From: Promethearchaeia archaeon
GTDB lineage: Archaea; Asgardarchaeota; Lokiarchaeia; Sigyniarchaeales; SOKP01
Reading direction: 5' to 3'
Length of the DNA stretch: 44,980 bases
Assembly (NCBI GenBank): GCA_029856125.1
Contig: JAHQWJ010000038.1
Coordinates: 1 to 44,980 of the forward strand
In this document: positions 10,703-20,800 of the stretch, in pieces
Layout: the number at the start of each line of letters is the position of its first letter
Position numbering within the stretch: position 1 is the stretch's first letter
Position numbers and translations under genes: made by a program
Notes under the pieces: model-generated
What the model was told of the DNA's origin: nothing
What the model saw: the letters and a program-made list of their open reading frames with translations, nothing else
The model's database searches: none

Positions 10703-10758
10703 GTCTTCTATAGTTATAATACATTCTAGAATTATTTTTAATATTATAACTTATTTAT

Positions 10759-11556
10759 TCATTTTCCCTTGAATTTCGGTTCTCTTTTTTCTTTAAATGA
10801 CTTCATACCCTCACCAAAATCGTACGAAGCAATGTTTTTACAATACAATCTAAACTCGTGGTTCAAAGAAGAAGGTAGTTCGTTATACTGAGAAAAATTC
10901 AGCATATTTTTATTGTATCCTAAACATTTTGTAGGCAATTTTGCTATAGATTCTATAAATTCCTTAGATTTTTTCTTAAATTCTGAAAGGGGATAAACTT
11001 TGTTAACCAAACCAATTTTTTCTGCTTCAAATGCATCGAGTTGGCGTCCGGTTAAAATTATTTCTGTTGCTCTAGCGAAGCCTATTAACCTAGGGAGTAG
11101 CCAACTTGCTCCGCTCATTACGCAATGAGCCCGTTTAACTCTTTGATCCCCAATTTTCAGATTATCTGCTGCTAAGCGAAAATCACAAGATAAAGCCAAT
11201 TCAAACCCTGCTCCTAGACAATACCCTTGAAGTAGTGCGATAACGGGTTTTTGAACTTCTCTAATTAATTGAATAACTCGGTGATGTGGTAGTTTTGAAC
11301 CGTCGTCTAAGGGTTTAAACTTAACGCCTTCAGGCCCCATACTCTTTAGATCGTCACCAGAACTAAAAGATTGATTATTACCCTCAATAACTAAAACACG
11401 AATCGATTTATTCTTGAAGTTTGTTTCTAATATCTGTATTATTTCCATCATTAAGGGAAAGTTTAGAGCGTTTAGTCGTTTTGGACGATTTAAGGTAATA
11501 GTACCAATTCCTTCCTCGATTTTAAAAATGACTCTCTTAAATTCTTGTTGTCCCAT
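10759..11556 (-). CDS. Enoyl-CoA hydratase/isomerase (crotonase family)
   Basis: ITLNRPKRLNAL, FSSGDDL, KPVIA..GYCLGAGFELALSCDFR, FKEKREPKFKG. Confidence 0.93.
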   Translation of the reverse strand: MGQQEFKRVIFKIEEGIGTITLNRPKRLNALNFPLMMEIIQILETNFKNKSIRVLVIEGNNQSFSSGDDLKSMGPEGVKFKPLDDGSKLPHHRVIQLIREVQKPVIALLQGYCLGAGFELALSCDFRLAADNLKIGDQRVKRAHCVMSGASWLLPRLIGFARATEIILTGRQLDAFEAEKIGLVNKVYPLSEFKKKSKEFIESIAKLPTKCLGYNKNMLNFSQYNELPSSLNHEFRLYCKNIASYDFGEGMKSFKEKREPKFKGK

Positions 11557-11699
11557 AAATACTACCTATTTAAAAATAGTTTCAAACTAATTTCTATTTA
11601 AAATAATTTGTATTTTATACCTATAAATATCATTCCATCTACCAAGAAATCTCACAACCTCAGTAATAAAAAAAAAAAGAAAAAATTTGATTACATTCA

Positions 11700-12302
11700 T
11701 TACCAAATTTCAAATTTAGCGTCTAACTTAGCCCCAAAAACAATTAAATAAGGAATTAATAGGTCCCAAAGGCTAGTTAAAGCATTTAGGAGGATTACTA
11801 ATACTATCCATAATTCTAAACCAGAAGCGCCATAAAAACTTAGATATACCATGATATTGAGAATAACCATTACAATTATCCTAAAACCTGTACCAAACAA
11901 ACCATAAATTACGTAATTCTTGACCTTCTTCAAAGATTGACTTTTTCGAATGCTTTCTTTACGTTTACTAAATTTAAGTAGTAAAATGGGAATTATTATT
12001 AACGAAAATGTAGCTGAAAACTTCATTAATGGGCCAATCGGAGCAAAAGGATCAAAGGGCATCAGAATTACTGACCCAATTCCGCAACACAATACTCCAG
12101 CTAAGGGACCAAATATTAAGAAGCATGTCACCCAGATGATTGATACGGGGTCGAAGTAGGCAAATCCTTCTGGAGTTCGTGGTAAGTATGGAACTACAAA
12201 AAGCGACAATATTAAGGAAAGAGCGCTGAATAATGCTGCTCCTGAAATTTGTAAAACGAATTGGGACGATTTTGACATATGAGATTCTTTTTCTTCTAAC
12301 AT
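11700..12302 (-). CDS. ECF transporter S-component-like membrane protein
   Basis: AALFSALSLIL (AxxxA) first helix, YFDPVSI, FGPLAG; 5-6 TM helices in about 200 aa. Confidence 0.75.
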   Translation of the reverse strand: MLEEKESHMSKSSQFVLQISGAALFSALSLILSLFVVPYLPRTPEGFAYFDPVSIIWVTCFLIFGPLAGVLCCGIGSVILMPFDPFAPIGPLMKFSATFSLIIIPILLLKFSKRKESIRKSQSLKKVKNYVIYGLFGTGFRIIVMVILNIMVYLSFYGASGLELWIVLVILLNALTSLWDLLIPYLIVFGAKLDAKFEIW

Positions 12303-12568
12303 CTGCTTACTCGTTTATTATTAATTTAAAATGTATTTATTGAAAAAGTAAATATAAAATTAAATTTAAACAAATGGTTAAATGTCTTTTTTCTGATCGT
12401 GAGACATATTTCCATTTTAGATTAAAATTGACTCGCTTAACAAGAATTGTGAATATAATTTATTGGAATTACGCGATAACTTTAGCATTCTTAGTATACT
12501 AACTTAAAAATTCCAGTTAATTATAGTACATACCTACTCAAATTTGGAGATTTGTCCCCAATCAAATT

Positions 12569-13939
12569 TCATTTCAATAGTTTTTTCTCGCTCGCATCAA
12601 ATTCAAACCAATCGCTTAATTCCTTTAGTTGTTTTCTTGAAGTTCCACTTAATAATTTTAAAAAAGGAATAAATTCTTGGACGACTTCAATATCTGATAC
12701 TTTGTACTTTTTTTGAATTTTTTCTACTAATAACCTTTCATTTGCTGACAATGAAAAAAAACCAGTCGAAGTGAATCTTGGAAACGAAATTCTATGAAAT
12801 CTTTCATCAGGAGTTCTATGTTTTCTAGATAGAACAACGCCTCCAGCAAAAAGATCGTAAAAATACGGTAATAACGACCAATATTGATTTTTGCGGATTC
12901 TTCCAAAAATTTCATCAGCCAACGATAGATTTTCATAAGCGTTGGCAATTTCGCTATTTAGTCTTATATAAGAAGTTAGGTTTTCGTTAATCCACTTGTA
13001 TAAAAAATTGTAATCTACATCTGATTTATTGGTTACATCTCGAGCTTCTCTTAATGTATTTACATTTTGAAACAAAATTTTAATTAGAGAAAAGATTTCT
13101 TCTGTGCTATCTCTGTTCAAATTTAAAATTAATTCTTTAGTGTTTTTATCTAAGGAGCCCTGGCTAATACCTTGTAAATCGTTAATAACGCCTCGTAAGT
13201 CTCCTTTGTTTTTTTCGATAATTAATTCTAATTCTTTTTCACTTATACCCGAAATATGTTCTTTGACAATTATCTTTCGGGTAATCTTCATTACTTCATC
13301 ATCCGGTAATGAATTTACTTCATATCTTTTAATTTTATTGTAAAGCGATTTAAGAGATTGTTTGTATTCGTTAGAACACATTATGATCGGAAATTGAGTG
13401 GTTTCAATTAAGCTTAATATCGTAGGGACGGCACCTCTATCAGTAACTCCATATAATCCATCAATTTCATCAATCAAAATTAGTTTCTTTTTGCTTTGCA
13501 CCACAAAATCCATAATTCCACGAGATTTGGTAGTTTCTCTCAATTTTGATTCTAAAGCTCCTTTAGTTCGAGTATCTGAAGCGTTCGTTTCTATTACTTC
13601 CATATTTAAATCGTTAGCTAAAGCATATGCTATAGTTGTTTTACCAATTCCTGGAGGGCCCTCAAGTAAAACTGCGGCCTTATCAAGAGGCAGCTTCTTC
13701 TCGTCTTTATGCTCTTTCTCTTCGTGGGTTCGATTGTGTGTTCTAATTTGTCGGTTTATCTCATTGATTTTTTCTTTTTCTTTAAAAAATGAGATTACAA
13801 ATTTTCTTAAATCCTCAATTAGATCGACTTTCTGACGACCCACCTTTGCAGTTGGAAATGCCATATCTCTAGTGAATTTTGGCCTGTACTTTTCTACCCA
13901 TGGCATTTTCTCTGTTTTTTGTGCTACCATAAAATTCAC
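12569..13939 (-). CDS. rfcL: Replication factor C large subunit
   Basis: PWVEKYRP, GPPGIGKTT, ETNASD, LIDEID, GDLRGVIND, WINEN, LSLAD; no SRC motif, as expected for the large subunit. Confidence 0.92.
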   Translation of the reverse strand: MNFMVAQKTEKMPWVEKYRPKFTRDMAFPTAKVGRQKVDLIEDLRKFVISFFKEKEKINEINRQIRTHNRTHEEKEHKDEKKLPLDKAAVLLEGPPGIGKTTIAYALANDLNMEVIETNASDTRTKGALESKLRETTKSRGIMDFVVQSKKKLILIDEIDGLYGVTDRGAVPTILSLIETTQFPIIMCSNEYKQSLKSLYNKIKRYEVNSLPDDEVMKITRKIIVKEHISGISEKELELIIEKNKGDLRGVINDLQGISQGSLDKNTKELILNLNRDSTEEIFSLIKILFQNVNTLREARDVTNKSDVDYNFLYKWINENLTSYIRLNSEIANAYENLSLADEIFGRIRKNQYWSLLPYFYDLFAGGVVLSRKHRTPDERFHRISFPRFTSTGFFSLSANERLLVEKIQKKYKVSDIEVVQEFIPFLKLLSGTSRKQLKELSDWFEFDASEKKLLK

Positions 13940-14986
13940 CTATAATACTTCTGAAAATTGACAGATTTTTGCCAATAAATGTGAAATCTGAATATCAGTA
14001 TCCCTCCCGTCAATAGCTCTAAAATCTGCTTCAGCTATAAAATTTATCAATGTTGTTCTTGAGTATGTGCTCAAGGGTAGTTTCGCTAACTCAGTTAACA
14101 TTATTTGAAACATTTCTTGTGAAGAAAATTTATAACTAGATTGAATTTTGCGTGATAATTCTCTTGCTTTACGAAAATCTCCTTTAAAACACATTATTAG
14201 AAGACTTTTAATCATATCATTTTTGGAATTTGATAAATTTTCATACAATTTGTCAACATCGATATCATTTCCACTAATGGAACAGATTTGTAACAAATCT
14301 ATAGCATTTGATAATTTACCTGCTGTTATTTTATAAAGCGTTCTAATTGTTTCTTCATCGATTCTTAAAGTTTCTTTCTCGGCTATAGTTGATATTAGCT
14401 CCTCAAACGAATGGAAGTCAACTTGCGATATAAAGAAAACTTGACATCTACTCATAATAGGATCTATTATCTTTGACACCTTTGTTGTTATCAAAATCAT
14501 TCTACAATTCGTTCCATAAATTTCCATTAATCTACGAAATGCTTGCTGATTCGAACCTAATGAGTCGAAATCTTTTACTATTAAAATTTTAAATGGGACA
14601 TCTCCTAAAACTTTTAACTGTATAAAAGGTTTAATCTTAATCCGAATAAGAGCTGGAGTAGTAATTTTTTTCCCAGCTATGCTTCCTATTTTGCTTGTGG
14701 ACACATATGCTTCAGACCTAGCCTGTTTCATCTCTTCGCTTGTTAAAGGGACATTAGCGTATACTACTTTTGAATTAGCGTCATAAAATTTCCCCAAGAA
14801 TTCTTTCGAAAACAAATCTGCTGCAGTAGTCTTACCAATGCCTTTTGAACCTACGAATAACAAGTGAGGAAAGTTCCTATCGTCAATAAAGTTCTTTAAC
14901 CTTTCTTTAACGTCATTTCGGCCACAAATCTCGTTTAATGATTTAGGCAGATATTTTATACGCCAGATTGGGCTGTCTGAAAGCAA
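13940..14986 (-). CDS. Replication factor C small subunit paralogue with degenerate Walker B
   Basis: WRIKYLP, PHLLFVGSKGIGKTT, Walker B reads ILIVKDFD, QQAFRR, IIDPIMSRC (Arg finger kept), AEADFR collar motif. Confidence 0.85.
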   Translation of the reverse strand: MLSDSPIWRIKYLPKSLNEICGRNDVKERLKNFIDDRNFPHLLFVGSKGIGKTTAADLFSKEFLGKFYDANSKVVYANVPLTSEEMKQARSEAYVSTSKIGSIAGKKITTPALIRIKIKPFIQLKVLGDVPFKILIVKDFDSLGSNQQAFRRLMEIYGTNCRMILITTKVSKIIDPIMSRCQVFFISQVDFHSFEELISTIAEKETLRIDEETIRTLYKITAGKLSNAIDLLQICSISGNDIDVDKLYENLSNSKNDMIKSLLIMCFKGDFRKARELSRKIQSSYKFSSQEMFQIMLTELAKLPLSTYSRTTLINFIAEADFRAIDGRDTDIQISHLLAKICQFSEVL

Positions 14987-15008
14987 AATCTTCTTATCCT
15001 CGTTTAAA

Positions 15009-16007
15009 TTATTCTTTTTCTTTGATACTACTTTTTATCAAATGACTGATTAACGACATTAATTGGATTCTTTCATCTGCTCCCTGGCTTATTCTATAAT
15101 CAACATCTCCAAAGTACGATAATGTCTTGTTTAAATATCCTGGTTGAATATCCAGTTCATTTAGGCTTCCAATCATTTGTCTTAAAAAGTTTCTAGCATC
15201 CAAGGTTTGAACTGTTTCTAGCGTTTTTCTCGATCTAATTAAGTTTTTTGATCTAATATTTTCCAATAATTCGTTTAAAGTTGAATTGTCTAAAAACCCC
15301 GAAACCTTTAAAATTTCGTTTGAATCTAGATTTTTCAATAATTCCAAAGCAACCGACATCTGTAAAGCGTTAATAGCTTTTCTTAAATCGCCACCTGATA
15401 TAAAAAAAAGAGTCTCATAAAATTTATTTTCCTCTGTTTGAGGGATGTTAAGATTCTCTTTTTTTGCGATAAATCTTAAACGTTCTATGACTTTATCCTT
15501 AGATAGGTTAGTAAATCTAAATACTGCGCATCTTGATATAATAGGATCAATTATTCTATTGATATAATTGCACATTAATATAAATTTAACATTTAATGAT
15601 GATTTCTCAATAATTCTCCGTAATGCTTGCTGAACTTGATTTGGGATATTATCCGCTTCGTCTAGAATAATCAATTTCAATGCGTTTCTCTCAAGAGCCA
15701 AATTCTGTGAGACAAAATTTTTTATAACGCTTCGAACATAGTTCATTCTCACTGTATCTGAAGCGTTTAATTCTAATACATTAGAAAAATAGTTTTCCTT
15801 TTTGATCGCATGTTTAGCAATTATTAAGGCTGTGCTCGTTTTACCAGTACCGGCGGGACCCGTAAAAATCATATGGGGCATGTTCCCCTTTGACACAAAC
15901 TCCTTTAGGTTTTCGACAGCAAGGTTTTGACTTACAACTTCCTCAAATGTCTGAGGGCGATACTTCTCTACCCATGGCGATTCTAAATCAATCAAAAGCT
16001 TACCCAT
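15009..16007 (-). CDS. rfcS: Replication factor C small subunit
   Basis: PWVEKYRP, GPAGTGKT, LELNASD, ILDEAD, QQALRR, SRC, GDLRKAIN. Confidence 0.95.
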   Translation of the reverse strand: MGKLLIDLESPWVEKYRPQTFEEVVSQNLAVENLKEFVSKGNMPHMIFTGPAGTGKTSTALIIAKHAIKKENYFSNVLELNASDTVRMNYVRSVIKNFVSQNLALERNALKLIILDEADNIPNQVQQALRRIIEKSSLNVKFILMCNYINRIIDPIISRCAVFRFTNLSKDKVIERLRFIAKKENLNIPQTEENKFYETLFFISGGDLRKAINALQMSVALELLKNLDSNEILKVSGFLDNSTLNELLENIRSKNLIRSRKTLETVQTLDARNFLRQMIGSLNELDIQPGYLNKTLSYFGDVDYRISQGADERIQLMSLISHLIKSSIKEKE

Positions 16008-16022
16008 GATTCTATTATGTTT

Positions 16023-16499
16023 TTAATCATCAAGGTTTTCTTTAGAGATATCGAGCTCTAAAACTTCGTATTTTTTTTTAAAATTCATTCTAGCATAGAG
16101 ACTTGCCGCTTCTTTTGCTTTTTCTTTGATATTTACCTTAATTTTTTCGACTTTAATTTTCTGCAAGTGTTCAATAGCTTTTTTAACCAGTAATTCACCT
16201 ATCCCCTGTCCTCGATATTCTTCCATTAGATATACCTGCTTAATATAACCCTCAGAAGTGCCAAATGGGTCAATTCTCAACTCTGCGATGATCATCCCGA
16301 CGACTTCATTATCTTTATCCTCGTCTATCGCTATTAATATCCCGTGTCGCTGTAAAGGGTCGTAGAGACGTCTTCGAATTCCCCAGTCAAACCTTTTCAT
16401 ATCGAATGTATCGCCAAATCTTGATATTAATAATTTCATAAGTCTCTCAAGTGAATCAATTTGATCTGGAGTCGCATTTTCAATTCTAATATTATTCAT
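16023..16499 (-). CDS. GNAT family N-acetyltransferase
   Basis: Acetyl-CoA binding motif VYLMEEYRGQGIG and AASLYARMNF. Confidence 0.9.
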   Translation of the reverse strand: MNNIRIENATPDQIDSLERLMKLLISRFGDTFDMKRFDWGIRRRLYDPLQRHGILIAIDEDKDNEVVGMIIAELRIDPFGTSEGYIKQVYLMEEYRGQGIGELLVKKAIEHLQKIKVEKIKVNIKEKAKEAASLYARMNFKKKYEVLELDISKENLDD

Positions 16500-16626
16500 A
16501 TAAAATCAACTAAATGTCTGATAATAAATTATAAATTAATTTCTCAAAATTTATATTTTCTTGATCAACAAATAACAATTGTTATTTACTAATAGGTTCA
16601 AAAATTAAATTTAAAAAGTTAGAAAC

Positions 16627-16908
16627 TTAACGAGCTGAAACTCCATCCCACGCTTTGACTTCAGGGTCTTCATACCCGCATACTGCGCATTTTTGGTTTA
16701 CTTCCCATGCTTCTAAAGCAGGATGTACCCTCGTAAAAAGTGATCCACACTTACCACATACAAGATATTTAGCTCCACAACCATCGCACATTTTTAATTG
16801 ACCTTTTTCAACGAATCGAAACGTCCTCGACATCCAGTCATCGTTAACCAATCGAAAGCTCTCTCCACCACATTGAATACAATGTTTTCCATCAAATTCA
16901 GAAGCCAT
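16627..16908 (-). CDS. Small zinc-ribbon protein (four CxxC pairs)
   Basis: CIQC, CDGC, CGKC, CAVC in 93 aa. Confidence 0.8.
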   Translation of the reverse strand: MASEFDGKHCIQCGGESFRLVNDDWMSRTFRFVEKGQLKMCDGCGAKYLVCGKCGSLFTRVHPALEAWEVNQKCAVCGYEDPEVKAWDGVSAR

Positions 16909-17034
16909 TTTTTTTACCTTTTTTTGATTTTGCTTATATAGTAAGATAAATAGAGTGAATATTTAAAGAAATAAAGTATTCCACATTTAAAATTGCTTCG
17001 AAAATGATAAAAAAAAAGAAAACAACTAACAAAT

Positions 17035-17364
17035 TTACATTTCTAGTTTTTTATTTGTTCCCGTTGTAGCCCCTTCAGGGTTAACTTTTTCCAGTTCAAC
17101 AATTAATTGATAAACTTTGTCGTCCTGCAATGCTTCTCCAAATTTTATCAGCATTTCTTTTGAACCAACAAATAAGCCTTTTCTTTTCATTGGTTTACCG
17201 TCATCTTTTAATGGATTAATTTCAAGAAATAATAATGATGGTCTAGTTTTAGTCGCAGGGACCTTTACTACAGAAACTCCAGGCACAGGAGTGTCCATCT
17301 TTTCCCAATCAGCTCCATTTTTTAGGTGGGCTTTTAACTGAGTTTCAATATCTGCCATATTCAA
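17035..17364 (-). CDS. Small hypothetical protein
   Basis: 109 aa, globular-looking (WEKMDTPVPGVSVVKVP...LEINP...KRKGLF), with an upstream TATA-like element. Confidence 0.7.
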   Translation of the reverse strand: MNMADIETQLKAHLKNGADWEKMDTPVPGVSVVKVPATKTRPSLLFLEINPLKDDGKPMKRKGLFVGSKEMLIKFGEALQDDKVYQLIVELEKVNPEGATTGTNKKLEM

Positions 17365-17396
17365 TCATCCTTTTATTTTATATTTTTTTTAATTAT

Positions 17397-17445
17397 TATG
17401 TGTTACATATAAGACATAACATATATACTATATGGCATATATAAA
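17397..17445 (-). promoter_or_regulatory. Candidate TATA box and operator-like short repeats upstream of the 17364 gene
   Basis: Minus-strand TTTATATA at 17438-17445; palindrome TATATG-G-CATATA at 17429-17441; ACATA at 17405, 17414 and 17419. Confidence 0.35.
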
Positions 17446-17643
17446 GTTTTTGGTAGCGAAATATTGTTAGATAATCTTAAAAGCGAGCAGACAAAAATCT
17501 AAAATTGTATCAAAATCGTGGATTGATGTCTAATTTTAATTCGTCGGATTACTTGGGGTCGATTTCCACTAAATGCTTAAATATCACCTCGGTATATATA
17601 ATTTTATAGAAAAAGCAAGAGTTTTTCTAATTAACTCAGATAT

Positions 17644-17871
17644 GTGGTGATTAAAATAAAATTAATTTCAGTAAATTTACCAGAATCTTATCTTAAGGTC
17701 CTTGAAATCCTTGTTGTGGAGGGTAAGTTCCCAAATCGTAGTGAAGCTATTCGTGTCGGAATTAGGGATTTAATAAGAACAGAATATCTTATAGAGGAAT
17801 CAGTAAAAAGAAATATGAGTCCTAGTTTAATTCAATCTGATATTGAAAATGAAATTCAAGAAATTATATAA
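17644..17871 (+). CDS. Ribbon-helix-helix (CopG/Arc/MetJ) transcriptional regulator
   Basis: KLISVNLPESYLKVLEILV...FPNRSEAIRVGIRDLI is a typical archaeal RHH. Confidence 0.9.
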   Translation: MVIKIKLISVNLPESYLKVLEILVVEGKFPNRSEAIRVGIRDLIRTEYLIEESVKRNMSPSLIQSDIENEIQEII

Positions 17872-17899
17872 TCTTCATCTTCTTTTTTTTATTTTTTAT

Positions 17900-20800
17900 C
17901 TACAAATCATTTATTCTTTTTCTTCTCTCTTCTCGTCTTTTAGCAATTTTAGCTCTAAGATCCTCTTCGTCTAATTTAGGAGAAACTTTTTTCACTTCTG
18001 GTTCTGGAGTCTTTTTAATGTCTAATTCTCTCTTATAAATGTTTATCTTATCTTCAATTTCAAGGATGTATCTTTTTCCTATCTTCGTTTCAGTTAAGTT
18101 AAATAAAGCTTCGTTTAATTCTGTTATAGCTTTCATAAATAAATTATTTGACAATGAGATTTGAGCTTTATCTAACGCCTGATATGCTAACCTAAATTTA
18201 TCGAAGTTCTCATCTCTATCGAGATCAGCCTTAGTGATAATTGGAACCTGACTAGCGTTTTCCAACACTTCGATTTGCTTATTCATTTCTTTGATCATTT
18301 TATCTTGATCTGTATTTTCTATTTTCTCGATGACTTTCCTTAGTGCTAATATTCCCTCGTTGTATTTTAAATTTTTAATAATCTGATTAGCTTTGTCACG
18401 TTCTTTTTGGATTAATTTTTCCCTCTGTTTCTTCTTTTCCTCTTTTCTTATGTGATCAAGTTCTTTTTGATTTTCTTCGGCTTCCTTTAACAACTCTTCA
18501 AGCTCTTTTTTCTCTTCTACTTTCTTCTGCTGGTATGCTTTTAGCTTTTCTGTTTGTTTCATTTCTTTTTTGAGCGTAATCATAAGATCGTTATTTATCC
18601 GGCTAACCTCATGCTCCCATCCAATCTTTTTGAACAAGTCTCGTCCCATTATATATTTCTCATAGGCTTCTTCGAACCTTTTATCGTCTTTTAATTTAGT
18701 TCCTGCTTCTAACAGCAAATAAGCTTTATCAGAAATTTCTTTCTCTCTTTCCTTTTCCTCTTGAATAGCCAATAGTTCTCGTCTTCTCTGTTCTTGCTGT
18801 AGATCGTGTAAATCTTTAGCTTTCGTAATTTGTTCTTCAAGCTGAGCTTCATTTCTAATTTTTTCAAGTTTCTTCTGGGCTAGTAATTTTTCCTCACGTT
18901 CAAGTCTTTGCTTTTTCAGATTTATGGCGTTAATGGACTCTTTAGTCATTTTACTGCCTTCTTGCCAATTTATTTCATCAAATATTTGTTGACTTTCTTT
19001 GTAAAACTTAATAGCTTTGTCAAAATTGTTTTGTTTCAACTCTCTTTTAGCGAGGTCCATAAAATTAAAAGCTCGTTCTTTTTTAGATTCATATTTCGCT
19101 GCTCTTTTTCTTTTTTCTTCAAGTTCCTTTATTCTTAACTGTGAGAGTTCTTCTTTAACCTTTTGTGCCTCTTGTACTTCTTTTTCAAAGTGTTTAATTT
19201 CTTCTTCTTGTTTAGCGGCCCGTTCTAATTCTGAAGCTCTTAATCGCTTAACTTCATCAAGTTTTTTTTGATAATAATTAATTGAGTTTACTAATTGATC
19301 TGCTTGTTCAACCCAGCCAATTTTTTCAAAATCGAGTTTTGCAGTTTTGTATATCTGGATAATTTCTTTGTATGGAGATTCAGCTTTTAAAATTCCTTCC
19401 TTCTTCTTAATTTCGTAGTCTTTAGCCATCTTCTCAGCATGAGTTAACCTATTAAAAATAACTTCAGATTCTTTAGATTTTACTTCTTTTAATTTCTTTA
19501 ATTCATCAATTCGCTTTTCTTGAATGAGGTGGTCATCTTTAGATACCAGAATAGGTGTAGTTTTAGATTCTTCTATTTTTTGTAATTCAAAAGCTCGTAG
19601 GTTATCATCTTTTAGTTTTTTGCTTTCGTAAAAACTTATTGTATTGCTCAATTTTATTGCTTCTTCGCTCCATCCAATTTTCTGTAGCAATTTTCTTGCC
19701 GTTACATACATATTGATTACTTCTTCGTATGGGCTCTGATAGGAAAGAATATCCCTTTTAAGATTTACTTCATAATTTCTAACTGCTTTTTCAGCTTTGT
19801 CAATTAGGTTCATGGCTTGTGTCATAATTTCATCAGTTTCTCTATTTTTACTATCAAGAGCTTCTAGTTCTACTAATTTCAGTTGTTTTATTTCAGTGGG
19901 TGCTTTGAGAGATTCTTCAAATTTTTGCTGTTTTTTGACTTTTTGAATCTCTAATTTGCGCAATCGTTCATCTTTTTGATTCTTCTCGTGATACAAAGTA
20001 ATTTGATTTGAATATATCTCTGCCTCGTCTTTCCAACCTTTAGCATATGCTTTTTTTCTTAAATTTTTATAAATCTCAGCAATTTTTAAATATGGACATT
20101 TTTTATCAAATTGTCCATTCATAATTGCAAGTTCGTATTCTCGAGTTTCTTTTTCAGCATTATTTACTATTTCATCTATTTCTTGTTCGAATAATTGTTC
20201 CTCCTGTTTTTGCTTAGCTAATTCTTCAATTTTTCTTAATTTTTTTTCGTCGTATACAGTTGGTTCCTTTATTGACTGAGCTTTATGATAATCTTCAAAT
20301 ATTTTTTGATCTTGATTTTTCTTAGCTTCAATTTCTCTTATTTTGATCTCCCTCTCAGCTAATTCAGTATACTTCCTAATCTGGCTTGAATATATGGCTG
20401 CATCGTCTTTCCATCCTTTTTCTAGCGCTTTATCTCTAGTGTCAGTATAAATTTTAAGGATTTCGGGATACTTTGAAACAATATTCAAATTTCCCATTTT
20501 AACAGCCTTTTTAAACGCTACTTCATATTCCCGCGCCATTTTATCTGCCAATTTTACAGATTCAGTAAGATTTTCTTTAATTTTCTCAATTTCTATCTCT
20601 TTTCTCTTCTGTTCTTTTAACATTTTTAGTTTTTCGGGTTCAATTTCGGTAACCGCTGGTCCTCTTTTGGTTTTTAAGCCTTCATCGAAAAATTTTTGTT
20701 TTTGAACTTTTTGAGCTTCCATTTGGCGTAATTTCTTATCTTTCTCCCATTTTTCTTGATAAATCTTAATCTGGTTAGTGTAAATTGAGACTTGGTCTTT

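Noticed and set aside
12303-12568. Possible vitamin riboswitch upstream of the ECF S-component
   Set aside because: AT-rich with no recognisable FMN, TPP or cobalamin consensus.
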